64,000 nucleotides of DNA, from NCBI GenBank assembly GCA_963665665.1, contig OY762428.1:5024001-5088000 (forward strand), written 5' to 3'. Every line of letters begins with the position of its first letter. Position 1 is the stretch's first letter. The notes under the pieces are model-generated. The model was not told where the DNA came from. It made no database searches and saw only the letters and a list, made by a program, of their open reading frames with translations. The translations under genes and the position numbers were made by a program. The DNA comes from Candidatus Kapaibacterium sp. Lineage in GTDB: Bacteria > Bacteroidota > Ignavibacteria > Kapaibacteriales > UBA2268. Shown piece by piece: positions 49,001 through 60,800 of this stretch.

Positions 49001-49666
49001 TATATCAGGAATATTCTTGACGATGTGATTGGTGAGAAAAATTCCGATCGCTTCGCTATAAAAACATCCTTATTAAATACTTTTTCCAGGTTTATACAGG
49101 GCGAAATCATACAGGCCGCTATGTTTAAGCATTTCCAGCTTCAGTCACAATCTTTGAAAACTATCGACAGAATATTGGCTTTGTGCAACAAAGCTGTTGG
49201 AAGCATTTGTGAAATATCAAGGCAAATTATTGTTCTGCGCGACAGGGAAAACCTGATATTTGTAAGGAAACCTTCTGAAGAGAAAGTAAATCAGGAAATT
49301 AATAAAACAGGATTTTACAAAACTCCTGCCTACACGATAAAACTTGAAGAAGTAAGAGAAAAAGATGTTGATTTTACATTGGCTCCACAAGTTGAGTTCT
49401 TTGACTTCGACCTTATACCCCTGAAAATGACCCTGCGTTCCTGGCAGCCGGGAGATAAATTTCAGCCTCTCGGTATGAAGGGCGAAATGAAACTTAGTGA
49501 CTTTCTAACAAACTCGAAAGTTCCTTTGATCGACAAATCAGGAATTCTTGTCCTTACAACAGGAAAAAATGACATTGTCTGGGTTTGCGGAATGAGAATA
49601 AACGATAAGTTTAAAATTTCATCAACAACCAAGAAGTATCTGAAAGTAAGTTACAACGCTACATAA
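46079..49666 (+). CDS. tilS: tRNA(Ile)-lysidine synthetase with a ~730-aa repetitive basic N-terminal extension
   Basis: AVSGGVDS, HYNHNLR, AR..RY, TAH..DD.AET.L.NL.RG.G..GL, EDESN..YTRNKVR, C-terminal RSWQPGD...IVWVCG; followed by hpt. Confidence 0.95.
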   Translation: MAKRVKKANDTENRDTKITPDSEKNEVDNKSESKVKRKPGRPKKSTAKKTTEKPAEVKSEVKETATPTKEVEAKVVKPSADTKSEQPKPARKRPGRPKKATAKKTTAKPAEVKSEVKETATPTKEVEAKAVKPSADTKSEQPKPTRKRPGRTRKSTAKKTTGKPAEVKSEVKETTTPAKEVEAKAVANAKPDTAKTSEEIKTVKPKPARKRPGRPKKATAKKTTEKPAEVKSVAKETTTPAQEVEAKAVKPSADTKSEQPKPARKRPGRPKKATAKKTTAKPAEVKSEVKETTTPTKEVEAKAVKPSADTKSEQPKPARKRPGSPRKTVAKKTTAKKTTAKKTTAKKTTAKKTTAKPAEVKSEVKETTTPTKEVEAKAVKPSADTKSEQPKPTRKRPGRTRKSTAKKTTGKPAEVKSEVKETTTPAQEVEAKAVANAKPDTAKTSEEIKTVKPKPARKRPGRPKRSADRQPISNDNESKETVTGLKTTDTQSVKTETKPGQQKTTRKRPGRSKKTTSMNTATKPDGKKETTKTEIPDAKPEEQKKQQHKRHGGGGQRRSAKKPEEQQRANRRNITQAIEKAKIEDNDNNSQVADSPVSKSNDKKGPGRIAPQKNKNAHPQKDSKSPNQQQKQRRQPDNQQLRQNKGHQDKKISGKYQQKSKFQQEKPNLAMIQERKEKEKTHYQELLKKLGLIEKDNILMDKIPKKSIFSRRRSAPVKKDSILTKEQRSDLFLRMFHSEVEKYLKNKLFVEPGSEIVVAVSGGVDSVVLLDTLVVLAEKNYYRLIVAHYNHNLRAEESDKDEEFVKALAKSYGLTFHCSQGRVKQYAEKKSLSIEESARILRYMFLERVARNVRSTLVATAHSKDDSAETFLINLLRGSGLTGLSGIPSQRALGKNVTLVRPLLAMSKSQFKKYAEKRNLQWREDESNEFTNYTRNKVRLDLIPELVNEYNPKIMDVLNRTAKLINGADEFISEYIRNILDDVIGEKNSDRFAIKTSLLNTFSRFIQGEIIQAAMFKHFQLQSQSLKTIDRILALCNKAVGSICEISRQIIVLRDRENLIFVRKPSEEKVNQEINKTGFYKTPAYTIKLEEVREKDVDFTLAPQVEFFDFDLIPLKMTLRSWQPGDKFQPLGMKGEMKLSDFLTNSKVPLIDKSGILVLTTGKNDIVWVCGMRINDKFKISSTTKKYLKVSYNAT
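46190..47470 (+). repeat. Intragenic tandem repeat: 7 units of 165/165/189/165/165/225/189 bp; nested 15-bp x5 repeat (AKKTT) at about 47066-47140
   Basis: PG(R/S) motif starts at 46193, 46358, 46523, 46712, 46877, 47042, 47267 and 47456; units are near-identical at DNA level. Confidence 0.95.
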
Positions 49667-49704
49667 ATTATGTTTAATAATTTTGAAAATAACGATTTAT
49701 ATTT

Positions 49705-50247
49705 ATGAAAGCATTCAGGATCGGCGAATATAATTTCGGCCTTTACAAATCAGCAGAGGAGTTGCATGAAATTGTAAAAGGCCTTGCAAACCGGATAAAT
49801 AATGATTATGAAGGCAGAAAGCCGGTGTTCCTTATTGTGATGAAGGGGGCTTTTATTTTTGCCGCCGACCTGATAAGGCAAATAAACCTTAACTTGTCCG
49901 TTGAATTGATCAGGGCAAAGAGCTATGGCTCGTCCATGACAAGTTCCGGGAAGGTACAGCTTCAGCATTATGGAATTGATATCAAAGGCAGGGATGTTAT
50001 AATTGTTGAGGATATTGTAGATTCAGGCCTGACAATGGAATACCTGATGGCAAAAGTTCGGGATATGGGGGCTTCCAGCGTAGAAGCTGCTGCCCTGATT
50101 TCAAAAACCGAGATGAGGAAGACTAATGTAGATGTGAAATATACAGGAATGGATATTCCGCCTTTGTTCGTTATCGGTTACGGACTTGACTACGATGAGC
50201 AGGGGAGACATCTGCCCGACCTGTATATGCTTAATGAGGAGAAATAA
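49705..50247 (+). CDS. hpt: Hypoxanthine phosphoribosyltransferase
   Basis: VMKGAFIFAADL, VIIVEDIVDSGLT, FVIGYGLDY; conserved tilS-hpt order. Confidence 0.96.
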   Translation: MKAFRIGEYNFGLYKSAEELHEIVKGLANRINNDYEGRKPVFLIVMKGAFIFAADLIRQINLNLSVELIRAKSYGSSMTSSGKVQLQHYGIDIKGRDVIIVEDIVDSGLTMEYLMAKVRDMGASSVEAAALISKTEMRKTNVDVKYTGMDIPPLFVIGYGLDYDEQGRHLPDLYMLNEEK

Positions 50248-51561
50248 TTATTTAAACTAAAGCGGAACATTTGTAGGAATATTCTTTAGCTGTTGATTAT
50301 TTCTTCGAATTATTTGAACAAAACTATCCCTTGATTAACGCTTAACCAATCCTGTTTTTGGGAATTATCCCGGAATAATGCAGAATCTCCCGTCTTTAAT
50401 TATCAAAAAATTCCCCGATATGTGCTTTCGATACTGATGCAATTGTATCTAAAAATCAAAAATATTGATATTCTGTGTTAAAGCAGCCTGACCCCGGCTG
50501 CAAAACCCTATTACCTGCCGGTGAAGCTGATATATATAATTTGGATAAAACTATAACTGATTAAAATTATTCAATTACATATTTAAATTAATATATTATC
50601 AGTAGTTATTATAATTTAATCAATCTGTTTTACCCTTGATATAGTTCATCTAACTAAATTATTTATACATCTAATAAAATTATAAATATGTTTTAATATA
50701 TTAATTATATAAATAACATATTTTACGATTCATCTTATTATTTAATTAATTCAAATTATGATTTACATAGTATATCTTTATTCTTAGATAAACTAAATAT
50801 ATTATAAATTATACTGTTAATATTCTAAATCAAATAGTTAATTTATTAATTCATATAAATAAAATTATAATATCAGAATATTAAATCATTTGATTATTCA
50901 GGAATATTCTAAAATTTGTAATTAACATGATAATTTGTAATCATAATTTTATTATTTGACTTTATAATTTTATAAGAAGGTTGTTTAAAACAATGATATA
51001 TATATTGTATTCAATATTTATACCTTAGGAATCAGTTTATATATAGTAATTGATGGAAGAATAAGCTGAACCAAAGGCTGTACGAGAAAAATTTTGAAAG
51101 AGAAGCCTAACCGTATCGATATATTTCATCAAATAAAATACTTACCCGCAAGTATAATCATGATGTCAGGGCTGATGAAAATTAATATACTCCGGTACTG
51201 AGCTTCTTTCAGGCATAAAATGATCCCTGTTTATCGGACAAATAATGATACATGGAATACAGTCGTATTATTTAAATAAATTGATTTGTTAATTATAAAA
51301 CAATTTCCTATTTTATTTCAGGTTGAATTTGATCTTACCCTGAAAAAGTCTCTTATGATTTTTGATTTTTCCTGAAAGGAACATTTGAAAACTTGTTGTT
51401 AAGAAGTTGAAATTTCATTTGTATAAAATGGAATTGCTTTGGGAAAATTGATTGGATATATGGCATTAAATGATATAAGAGAAGAATAGCATTAGAATAA
51501 ATTGACTTATGGTCAGGAAAAAATAACACGCGCTTTTGATGATTAACAAAAAGGGAAAGTC

Positions 51562-52296
51562 ATGAAGAAAACATTACTAACGTTTTTAACTTTTATATTC
51601 TTAGCAATCAGTGTGCACGCTGAGGAAGAATCCGATAATTCATATTTTGGAATTCAAATGGGACAGGATCCTGTTTTTGGCTTTTATCCGGTTGCCTATG
51701 GCGGTTGGGAAATCGGGGAGAGTTTATATTTTACTTACTATGGTGTATTCTGGACACAGGATTTGCTCGGTGGTGGCGACGGAACAAATTTATATACTGA
51801 ATTTGGCGTCGGGGTAAGCTATACAACTGGTAACCTGACAATTAACCCAAGCCTTGGAATTCTCGGTGGCAATTTTCATTCCGGCGGCGATAGGGCTGTA
51901 ATCGGTGACGGTATCGTTCCGGCTCTTTACCTGATTTATGCCCTGCCCTCAGGATCGGTAGCTCTTAGTGCTATATATTGGAAAGGATTAAGAGAAGAAG
52001 TTCATAACGGTACTTTTTATGATCTGTTTGAATATATTGTGAAACCGGAATTTACAATATCAAAACATTTCGACATTGGATTATATTATGACCACCTGAT
52101 AACTAATACCAGAATCGGAGATAAATCTGACAATGAATCTTCATATTTATGGTTAGGTCCATCAATCAAGATTAAATCATCAAAGGGAGCCAGCCTATGG
52201 TTCTCGACCGGGGTTGATCTTGTTGATTATACTTTGGACGTTGATGAAGAAAAAATCAAAGATTATTACAAACTTTTATTAACAATTGATTTATAA
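51562..52296 (+). CDS. Outer-membrane beta-barrel-like protein (resembles DUF6733)
   Basis: Signal VHA|E, QDPVFGFYP, FTYYGVFWT, TEFGVG, INPSLG..GGNF..GDGIVP. Confidence 0.65.
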   Translation: MKKTLLTFLTFIFLAISVHAEEESDNSYFGIQMGQDPVFGFYPVAYGGWEIGESLYFTYYGVFWTQDLLGGGDGTNLYTEFGVGVSYTTGNLTINPSLGILGGNFHSGGDRAVIGDGIVPALYLIYALPSGSVALSAIYWKGLREEVHNGTFYDLFEYIVKPEFTISKHFDIGLYYDHLITNTRIGDKSDNESSYLWLGPSIKIKSSKGASLWFSTGVDLVDYTLDVDEEKIKDYYKLLLTIDL

Positions 52297-52412
52297 GAAT
52301 CAATAACCAGGAAATTATTTTAAACAAATCAGTGAACCATTTACGAAATGGTTTTCGGGTTGAATGTTTTTGATCAATTTTTAATTATTATTTATTGAAA
52401 ATAAGGTGTTTT

Positions 52413-55400
52413 ATGTTTAACAATCTGAATATCAGGAAAAAACTAATAGTATTTATTTTGTCAGTTACCGTTCTTGGTATAGTGGCTCTTTCAGGTTTTC
52501 TATACAATAATTCAGCAAATATGCAAACCGATTCAGCTCTTGAGCTGGGTGAATCCATTGCTGCCGAACATTCCATGGCGGTAAAAGCTTTTATGGAAAA
52601 ACCATTTGTTTCAGCAAGGGCATTGGCAGAAGTTATCAAAAAAAGGGAGACTATTGATATTTCTGACCGAAGATCTGCTTTGAATGGAATATTAAAAGGA
52701 TTTTTAGAAGATAATGAGAATTTTGTTGGTGTTTGGGTATGTATGGAACCTAATGTATTTGACGGATTGGATGACAATTATAGAAATACATCCGGTACTG
52801 ATGCCTCGGGAAGATTTATTCCCTACTGGAACCGTGGTTCTGGAAGCATTATTATTGAACCTTTGGTGGATTATGATAAACCCGGTACAGGTGATTATTA
52901 CCAGATACCACTTAAAACCGGCAAAGAAGCATTGATAGATCCATATTCTTACAATATTGGCGGAAAGGATATGCTGATAACAACAATTTCTTATCCCATC
53001 AAAGAAAACGGAAAAGTGATAGGTGTTGTAGGTATCGACCTTTCCCTGAATGTATTGCAGGAAATGGTATCGAAGATAAAACCCTACGGAACTGGTGTTG
53101 CAGCAATATTCAGTAATGCCGGAATTGTTACGGCTCATTTCGATCCTTCAAGGCTCGGGAAGAATATGAGTGAAACAGAACGCAATATGAGCGGCGATAG
53201 AACAGACAGCCTGGTGGCTGCTATAAAAGCAGGGAATAAATATTCTTATCAAGTGTATTCTCCGCAAATGGAAACCGATATTTATATTGTTACTGAACCC
53301 ATGGAGATAGGTAATACAAAAACTCCCTGGGGTTTTGCTGTTGGCATACCTATGAATAAAGTTCTTGAACCTGTAAGAACATTGCTTAATTTTACGATAG
53401 TAATTGGAATAGTTGTTCTGGCGGCAATGTTCATTGCAATTTTCTGGATTTCCGGCAAAATTTCCAAACCGGTAATTGAATGCATGGAAGCAGCCGATAA
53501 GATTGCTTCAGGGGAAATTAATATTAAGCTTGATTCAGAATCAAATGATGAAACCGGCAAACTTATGAAATCAATGAAAAAAATGTCCGGAAGTATCGCA
53601 AATATCATTAATGACCTGAATAATTTGGCAAATGATTGCAGTAACGGTAAACTGGACAGAAGGGTGGATGCTGATGATTTTGAAGGAGAGTATGCTGTAC
53701 TTGCCGGAAATGTAAATAATATTGTTGATAGTATTGTTGCTCCGTTGAACGTTACTGCCGAATACGTTGACAGAATCAGCAAGGGTGATATTCCTTCGAA
53801 AATTGAAGATGAATACAAAGGAGATTTCAATGAGATCAAGAATAATATAAACCTTCTGATTGATACACTGAATACCTTTATATCGGAAATGAAGAAAATG
53901 TCTGAGCAGCAGAGTATGGGAGATATAGAATACAATATTGATTCATCAAAATTTGCCGGAGTATATAATACCATGTCAGACGGCTTCAACGATACTGTAA
54001 ATGAAATAAACGGGGCAATTCTGATGATTCTGAATACGATAAAAAAATATTCCGAGGGAGATTTTTCCGAACAAATGGAAAAAATGGCAGGTAAGCGGGT
54101 TGTGGCCAATGAAATGATTGATGAGCTGCGTGATAACCTTGTTAATGTTAATTCTGAAATTCATAAACTTATCAACGCCACTGAAAAAGGCGATCTGAGA
54201 GTAAGGGCAGATGTCTCGGGGTTCAGGGGTTCTTATCAGGATATGGTTTCAGGTTTGAATAAAACTCTTGATCTTGTATTGAATCCTATTGCCGAAGCAG
54301 TTAAAACCCTACAGCAAATGGCAGAAGGCAACCTTTCAGTGGAAATGACCGGTGATTTTAAAGGCGATCATGCTATTCTGAAAAATTCTATCAACGAAAC
54401 GATTCGACTTATGCCTTTCCGGCAGGCTATAAATACTCTTGAAACAATAGCCGACGGCAATTTATCCGAATATATGGATGGCGATTTTAAGGGAGACAGT
54501 TTACGGCTGAAACAAGCTTTGAATAAAACTATCGATTCAATGAACGAAATTATGTCCCAGGTAGTGGTAACGGTAGATGAAGTTAACCGTGGGGCTGTTC
54601 AGGTTTCAGATGCCAGTACATCTCTTTCGCAAGGTGCAACCGAACAGGCGGCAAGCCTTGAAGAAATAACCAGTTCAATGTCCGAAATAGGCGGACAGAC
54701 AAGGCTTAATGCAGAAAATGCCAATATGGCCAAAACACTAACTGATGAATCCCGCGATTCCGCTGAAAAAGGAAATTCAGAGATGGAGAACCTGAATATG
54801 GCAATGAGCGAAATATCGGAATCAAGCTCGAATATTTCAAAAATTATAAAAGTTATTGACGAGATTGCATTCCAGACTAACCTGCTGGCATTAAATGCTG
54901 CCGTTGAAGCAGCAAGGGCGGGCCGACACGGAAAAGGTTTTGCCGTGGTAGCAGAGGAAGTTCGTAACCTTGCCGCACGTAGTGCCACTGCTGCCAAGGA
55001 AACTGCCGAACTGATCGAAGGCAGTATCAAAGTTGTTGAAAATGGTTCTATGCTTGCTATCAGAACCTCTGAAGTATTGAAGGAAATAACAAATTCATCA
55101 ATTAAATCAGCTGATATCGTTGGTGAAATCGCAACATTATCCAATGAGCAGGCTCAGGCTATTGCTCAGATAAACGAAGGCCTTACACAAATCGATAAAG
55201 TTACACAAACCAATACTGCAAGCGCCGAGCAAAGTGCGTCGGCAAGTGAGGAGCTTTCAGGCCAGGCCAATAATCTTAAGAGTATGATTTCCAGGTTTAC
55301 TTTAAAAGCCGGTGATTATTCCGTTGAAGATAATATTTCGAAAACAAACATATTGAATTCCGGCAGGTATAGTAAGCAGTTGCCCGAATCATTAGATGAT

Positions 55401-55463
55401 GAGATTATTGAGAATCCGGATGACATTATCAAACTGGATGATGAAGATTTCGGAAAGTATTGA
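52413..55463 (+). CDS. Methyl-accepting chemotaxis protein (dCache sensor, poly-HAMP)
   Basis: Two TM helices, RFIPYW...YYQIP...DPY dCache, repeated HAMP units, [20 protein letters not shown]. Confidence 0.96.
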   Translation: MFNNLNIRKKLIVFILSVTVLGIVALSGFLYNNSANMQTDSALELGESIAAEHSMAVKAFMEKPFVSARALAEVIKKRETIDISDRRSALNGILKGFLEDNENFVGVWVCMEPNVFDGLDDNYRNTSGTDASGRFIPYWNRGSGSIIIEPLVDYDKPGTGDYYQIPLKTGKEALIDPYSYNIGGKDMLITTISYPIKENGKVIGVVGIDLSLNVLQEMVSKIKPYGTGVAAIFSNAGIVTAHFDPSRLGKNMSETERNMSGDRTDSLVAAIKAGNKYSYQVYSPQMETDIYIVTEPMEIGNTKTPWGFAVGIPMNKVLEPVRTLLNFTIVIGIVVLAAMFIAIFWISGKISKPVIECMEAADKIASGEINIKLDSESNDETGKLMKSMKKMSGSIANIINDLNNLANDCSNGKLDRRVDADDFEGEYAVLAGNVNNIVDSIVAPLNVTAEYVDRISKGDIPSKIEDEYKGDFNEIKNNINLLIDTLNTFISEMKKMSEQQSMGDIEYNIDSSKFAGVYNTMSDGFNDTVNEINGAILMILNTIKKYSEGDFSEQMEKMAGKRVVANEMIDELRDNLVNVNSEIHKLINATEKGDLRVRADVSGFRGSYQDMVSGLNKTLDLVLNPIAEAVKTLQQMAEGNLSVEMTGDFKGDHAILKNSINETIRLMPFRQAINTLETIADGNLSEYMDGDFKGDSLRLKQALNKTIDSMNEIMSQVVVTVDEVNRGAVQVSDASTSLSQGATEQAASLEEITSSMSEIGGQTRLNAENANMAKTLTDESRDSAEKGNSEMENLNMAMSEISESSSNISKIIKVIDEIAFQTNLLALNAAVEAARAGRHGKGFAVVAEEVRNLAARSATAAKETAELIEGSIKVVENGSMLAIRTSEVLKEITNSSIKSADIVGEIATLSNEQAQAIAQINEGLTQIDKVTQTNTASAEQSASASEELSGQANNLKSMISRFTLKAGDYSVEDNISKTNILNSGRYSKQLPESLDDEIIENPDDIIKLDDEDFGKY

Positions 55464-55544
55464 TAATATTTTATAATTTTATAGTAGAAATTAACACGTT
55501 AATAACATTATTTTGTTATATTAAAATACTAAGATTATTGATTA

Positions 55545-55588
55545 GGGGTACTGAAATTATACTAAAATTTAGTACCCCGCGTTTTTTT
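55545..55588 (+). terminator. Hairpin/terminator between the MCP and kinase genes
   Basis: ggggtact.aaatt...aattt.agtacccc followed by gcgtttttt. Confidence 0.6.
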
Positions 55589-55618
55589 GATTGTTAGTTA
55601 TTGACAGAAAATTATTGA

Positions 55619-57589
55619 TTGGAAGCTGTGAATATTTATTTTAAGAAATCGAAGGAAATTGTAAAATCTGTCATCATTTTGATTTTACTGCTTGTATTTG
55701 CAGGCCAATCATTTTCAAATACTATCGACAGCCTGAAAAACCAACTAAGCCACGCAAAAAATGATACTAATAAAGTTAACTTATTAAACAGGCTGGCTTT
55801 TTCAACAATGGTTTCCGATTTTGATAAGAGTATAGAATATGCAAATATTGCAAGCAGGCTTTCTGACTCATTGAATTTTAAAAGAGGGAAGGCTCTTGCT
55901 TTGAAATATATGGGGACAGGTAAATGGAACCAGGGAAATTATGCTGAAGCTAAGGATATGTTCTATCAAAGCCTGAAAATTTATGAGAGCCTGAATGATA
56001 TTGACGGACTTTCCAGATTGTGGAATAATATCGGGCTGATCAATATCACGCAGGATGAATACCTGACAGCCAGTGATAATTTCAACAAAAGCATTGAATT
56101 AAGTAAAAAAATCAATAACAATTTTATGCTCGGAACAGCAAAACTCAATCTCGGTATTAATCATCATTATTTAAAAAATTACGACAGCTCGAATTACTAT
56201 CTGAAAAAAAGCATTATTTATGCAAAAAAAATTAATGACAACAACCTGATTGCAACTGACCTGTCATTTATCGGGATAAACGAAACTCTGCTAAGAAATT
56301 TTGATTCCGCTAAATCATGTCTTGATCGTGCTTTAGAAATATTTGTTAGCCTGAACAATATTCGCGAACAGGTACGTACAAAAATTGCTATTGCAAAATA
56401 TTATTCTGCCACTGGTGATTTTTCCGGCTCGATAAATATTGCTAAGGATGCCCTGCAACATGCAAAGAAATTAAATTCAAAATTCAATATTTTCGAAGCA
56501 AGTTTTCATTTAAGTGAGACTTACAAAAAATTGAAAGATTATAAGAAAGCCTACAAATTCCTGGCTTTGTCAAAGAAATATGGCGATACTCTGCACAGTG
56601 AAGAAAGTAAGCGAAATATTGCCAACCTTACTGCCGAATACAATTACGAAAAGAAATTAAGAAAAATTGAGATTGAAAAAGAACGGGAAAAGCAACATAT
56701 TGACAGGGAATTGAGACAAAGGAACTATATTATTCTGATAATTAGTATCAGTTTGTTTTTAACTATAATATTTTCAATTATTCTATATAGAATTAACCTA
56801 AGCAGAAAATTGAAAAATAAAATCCTGGTTAATCAGAATATAGAGATTGAAAAAAATCACAAGATGCTTGAAGAAATGAATAATGACCTGAACTTGCTAA
56901 ATGCTACTAAGGATAAATTCTTTTCAATTATCGCTCATGATCTTAGGAATCCTATTGGTGGGCTGAATTCAATCACTCAGTTAATGTCGTCAGAATTCAA
57001 AGATATGAACGATGACGAGAAATTGGAATTTATTGAATTGATGAACGAATCAACAACTCATGTAAGCTCATTACTTGAAAATTTACTGACCTGGTCACGG
57101 TCGCAAAGAAATACAATTGATTTTAATCCTGTACCGGCTAATTTAAAACAAGTTGTCGAGCCGACTATTCAGGGGGTTAAGTTATCTGCTGCAAATAAAA
57201 ATATTGATTTAAGTTACGATTTGGATGACAAATATGAGGTCTTTGCAGATGCAAATATGCTTACAACAATTGTAAGGAATATTTTGAATAATGCAGTAAA
57301 ATTTACCCCGATGAACGGATCTATTAAAGTTGAAGCAACAGAAAATGGAAACAATATTGATATTTCAATAAAAGATTCAGGTGTAGGAATACCCGAAGAT
57401 AAAATTGACATCCTATTCGATATCGGTACAAACGTAACAACTCCGGGTACTGAAAATGAAAAAGGAACCGGTCTTGGGCTGATAATATGCAAGGAATTTG
57501 CTGAAAAGAACGGCGGGGATATTGAAGTTAAAAGTGAAAAGGGAAATGGCTCGGAATTTATTATTAGTATACCGAAATCAGATAAATAG
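55619..57589 (+). CDS. TPR-containing membrane sensor histidine kinase
   Basis: Periplasmic TPRs, TM helix, FSIIAHDLRNP H-box, RNILNNAVKFT, DSGVG, GTGLGL. Confidence 0.94.
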   Translation: MEAVNIYFKKSKEIVKSVIILILLLVFAGQSFSNTIDSLKNQLSHAKNDTNKVNLLNRLAFSTMVSDFDKSIEYANIASRLSDSLNFKRGKALALKYMGTGKWNQGNYAEAKDMFYQSLKIYESLNDIDGLSRLWNNIGLINITQDEYLTASDNFNKSIELSKKINNNFMLGTAKLNLGINHHYLKNYDSSNYYLKKSIIYAKKINDNNLIATDLSFIGINETLLRNFDSAKSCLDRALEIFVSLNNIREQVRTKIAIAKYYSATGDFSGSINIAKDALQHAKKLNSKFNIFEASFHLSETYKKLKDYKKAYKFLALSKKYGDTLHSEESKRNIANLTAEYNYEKKLRKIEIEKEREKQHIDRELRQRNYIILIISISLFLTIIFSIILYRINLSRKLKNKILVNQNIEIEKNHKMLEEMNNDLNLLNATKDKFFSIIAHDLRNPIGGLNSITQLMSSEFKDMNDDEKLEFIELMNESTTHVSSLLENLLTWSRSQRNTIDFNPVPANLKQVVEPTIQGVKLSAANKNIDLSYDLDDKYEVFADANMLTTIVRNILNNAVKFTPMNGSIKVEATENGNNIDISIKDSGVGIPEDKIDILFDIGTNVTTPGTENEKGTGLGLIICKEFAEKNGGDIEVKSEKGNGSEFIISIPKSDK

Positions 57590-57791
57590 CAAATCATAAA
57601 TGCGATAATCCTGAGTTATAACATTATAAAAACAGGAAATTAAATGCCCGAAAGTAGCTGTTCCGGCAGATAATACGGTTTGCCGGGTATATAGTATGTT
57701 GTGCCAGGAATCGTATGAATAATAATTTGACAACGGGTTCACATTATTATGAGCCCATATTCTGATGTATAATAATGAAGTAATATCATCG

Positions 57792-57834
57792 ACTTTATGC
57801 TATTTCGGATATCATATCTGAAATAGCATAAAGT
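57792..57834. terminator. Long hairpin between convergent genes
   Basis: actttatgctatttc-ggatatcatatct-gaaatagcataaagt. Confidence 0.65.
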
Positions 57835-57876
57835 ATATTTCTTATGTTTTCTGCAAAACTGAGGGTTTGTTATAAT

Positions 57877-60800
57877 CTACATTCCGCGCCTGTACTTGCC
57901 GCCAATTTCATAAAGAGCCCTTGTTATTTCACCCATAGAGACATGCTCGACAGTATTTAACAGTTCTTCGAATATATTGCCCTGCGTAAGGGCTGTTTCG
58001 CGCAGGCGGCGCAGAGCTTCTGCTTTAGTGTCTGCATGTTTTTCGTCGAATGTTTTAAGCCTTGTCAGAATTGTCTGCTTTTCTTCGGTGGTGGCGCGTG
58101 TTATTTCCATATTATCATAAGGGCTTTCCGCATTCTCGTTCAGGTATGTGTTAACACCAATTATCGGGTATTCTCCGCTTTGCTTCTGAGCCTCGTATAT
58201 CATTGATTCTTCCTGGATCTTCGAACGCTGATACTGTGTTTCCATAGCCCCGAGAACGCCGCCGCGACGTGAAATCCTTCTGAATTCTTCAAGAACAGCG
58301 TCTTCCACTAAATCAGTAAGATATTCCATAAGGAATGAACCCTGGTTGGGGTTTTCATTCTTCAGGAGCCCGAATTCTTTTGAAAGGATAAGCTGAATAG
58401 CCATGGAGCGCCTTACTGATTCTTCAGTAGGCGTGGTAACAGCCTCGTCATAAGAATTTGTATGTAGCGAGTTGCAGTTGTCGTTGAAAGCAATGAGTCC
58501 CTGCAATGTTGTGCGGATATCATTGAAATCAATTTCCTGAGCGTGAAGCGATCGCCCGGAAGTCTGAATATGATATTTCAGTTTTTGGCTTTTAGGATTA
58601 GCGCCATATTTATCGCGCATGGCAACAGCCCATATACGGCGGGCAACACGCCCGAGAACTGAATATTCCGGATCCATTCCGTTCGAGAAGAAGAAGGACA
58701 GGTTGGGTGCAAAGTCGTCAACATCAAGGCCACGGTTAAGGAAGTATTCTACGTATGTGAAGCCATTGGCAAGAGTGAAAGCAAGCTGGCTGATAGGATT
58801 TGCTCCGGCCTCGGCAATGTGGTAACCGCTGATACTCAGTGAGTAATAGTTCCTGATATTATTATTGGATAAGTATTCCTGGAGGTCTCCGATAAGCTTC
58901 ATAGCAAAATCAATCGAGAAGATGCAGGTATTCTGTCCCTGGTCTTCTTTCAGCATATCAGCCTGTACTGTGCCTCGTATCCTTCGGAATGTATTAAGTT
59001 TTAAATCCTGCTTTTCCTGGTCGGAAAGTTTATTACCGCCGGCTTCAGCTTTTCCAAGTTCGCGCTTATATGCCGTCATGAAATAAAATGCCACCATTAT
59101 TGGCGCGGGTGCGTTTATAGTCATTGAAACGGATGTGAACGGGTCAGTCAGGTCGAATCCGTCCATGAGCATGTCCATGTCTTCTATGGTGCAAATCGAT
59201 ACGCCGCTTTCGCCGATCTTTCCGTATATATCCGGACTAAGGGCCGGGTCTTCGCCATAAAGTGTTATCCCGTCGAATGCAACCGAAAGGCGTTTGAATT
59301 TATCACCCTTTGTCAGGTAGTGGAACCTTCTGTTTGTTCTTTCAGCAGGGCCCTCGCCTGCAAATTGTCTTTTCGGGTCTTCGGTTGTACGCTTGAATGG
59401 AAAAACTCCGGCAGTATAGGGGAAATCTCCGGGGAAGTTCTCGCGATAGTAATATTTCACCAGGTCTTTCCAGTTTTCGAATTGAGGCGGAAGAACTTTG
59501 GGTATTCGTGAACCGGAGAGGGATTTATTATATAATTTAATTGAGTATTCTTTATCCTGTATCTTATAATTTAATTCCTCGTCAAAACATTTGTTTTTCT
59601 TTTCATCCCATGAAGAAAGGAAATCCTTGACTTTATCATCAAGTTTGTCCCATTTTTCCGAGAAAACATTTTTTACGCCTTTCATTATATCAGAATCAGA
59701 AATCTGCTTCATTGCTTGCTTCAATGCAAAAATATCCCCGGCAAGTTCTGCCTGTTTGTTCCCGGCTTCGTGATATTTTTTTACTGTCTCGGCAATCTCT
59801 GAAAGATAGTTTACCCTGCTGTTACTTATTAGTCCGAAATCCCTTGTCAAATCAGTTGGCAGGAGGGCGATCATTTCACTATTAGCTTTATAATCGCCGG
59901 ACTTTTCATTATTAAGTAAATCAAGTAAATCTTTGAAAAGTCTGTTTACTCCGTGGTTGTTAAATTGATTGCTGCTGCAAGCATAAACCGGCAAGCCAAG
60001 GTCTTCAAGTTGTTTACCTGCTTCCGGCCTGATATTATGTGTGCGTATATAATTTATTATAACTTCGCGAAGTGCATCTTCCGAGCCTATTTTTTCGAAC
60101 TTATTAATTGCTATATAGTTGGCAACATCAAGCATATCAATTTTTTCAAGCTGCGTCGGGGCGCCGAATTCGGCTGTCATCACATACATAGAGTGATCGC
60201 TAATATCAGCTACGGCGCTATTTCCCTGGCCTATACCACTGGTTTCAACTATTATAATATCAAATCCTGCCGATTTCAAGGCGGCTATAGCAGCGGTAAT
60301 AGAATCACTTATTTCTGAAACACTGGAGCGCGTGGCAAAGCTCCTTAGGAAAACCCTGTTGTTATAAATATTATTATATCTTATTCTGTCGCCAAGAAGC
60401 GCGCCGCCTGTTTTACTTTTTGAAGGATCAACAGCCAGGACGCCGATCTTAACATTTTCAGTAAATGCTATAAAACGTCCTATGATTTCATCAATCAGCG
60501 AGCTTTTTCCTGAACCGCCGGTTCCGGTTACACCAAGGACTATTGATTTATTTTTATCAAATTTCGAATACAGATCAATATAAGATTCAGGTTCGGGGCT
60601 GTATTCAAGAGCTGTTAACTGCCTTGCAAGTTTTATATGGTTTTCGGTATTATTCTCTCTTACAGTATCTTCACCCAGGTCACATGGTTTCCTGTTTTCT
60701 TTTTTATACTCGGTTACCCGTTCAATTATATCGTCAGCTATGCCGTCAATGCCGATCTTCTGTCCGTCAGTAGCGTGATAAAGCCTCATTACACCATAAT

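Noticed and set aside
51050-51180. Riboswitch upstream of the barrel/MCP genes
   Set aside because: I could not match c-di-GMP, c-di-AMP or fluoride consensus elements in the right order; needs an Infernal scan
53282-55144. Long antisense ORFs within the MCP (also 13723-14379 and those within the RND gene)
   Set aside because: Shadow frames of well-supported genes on the opposite strand
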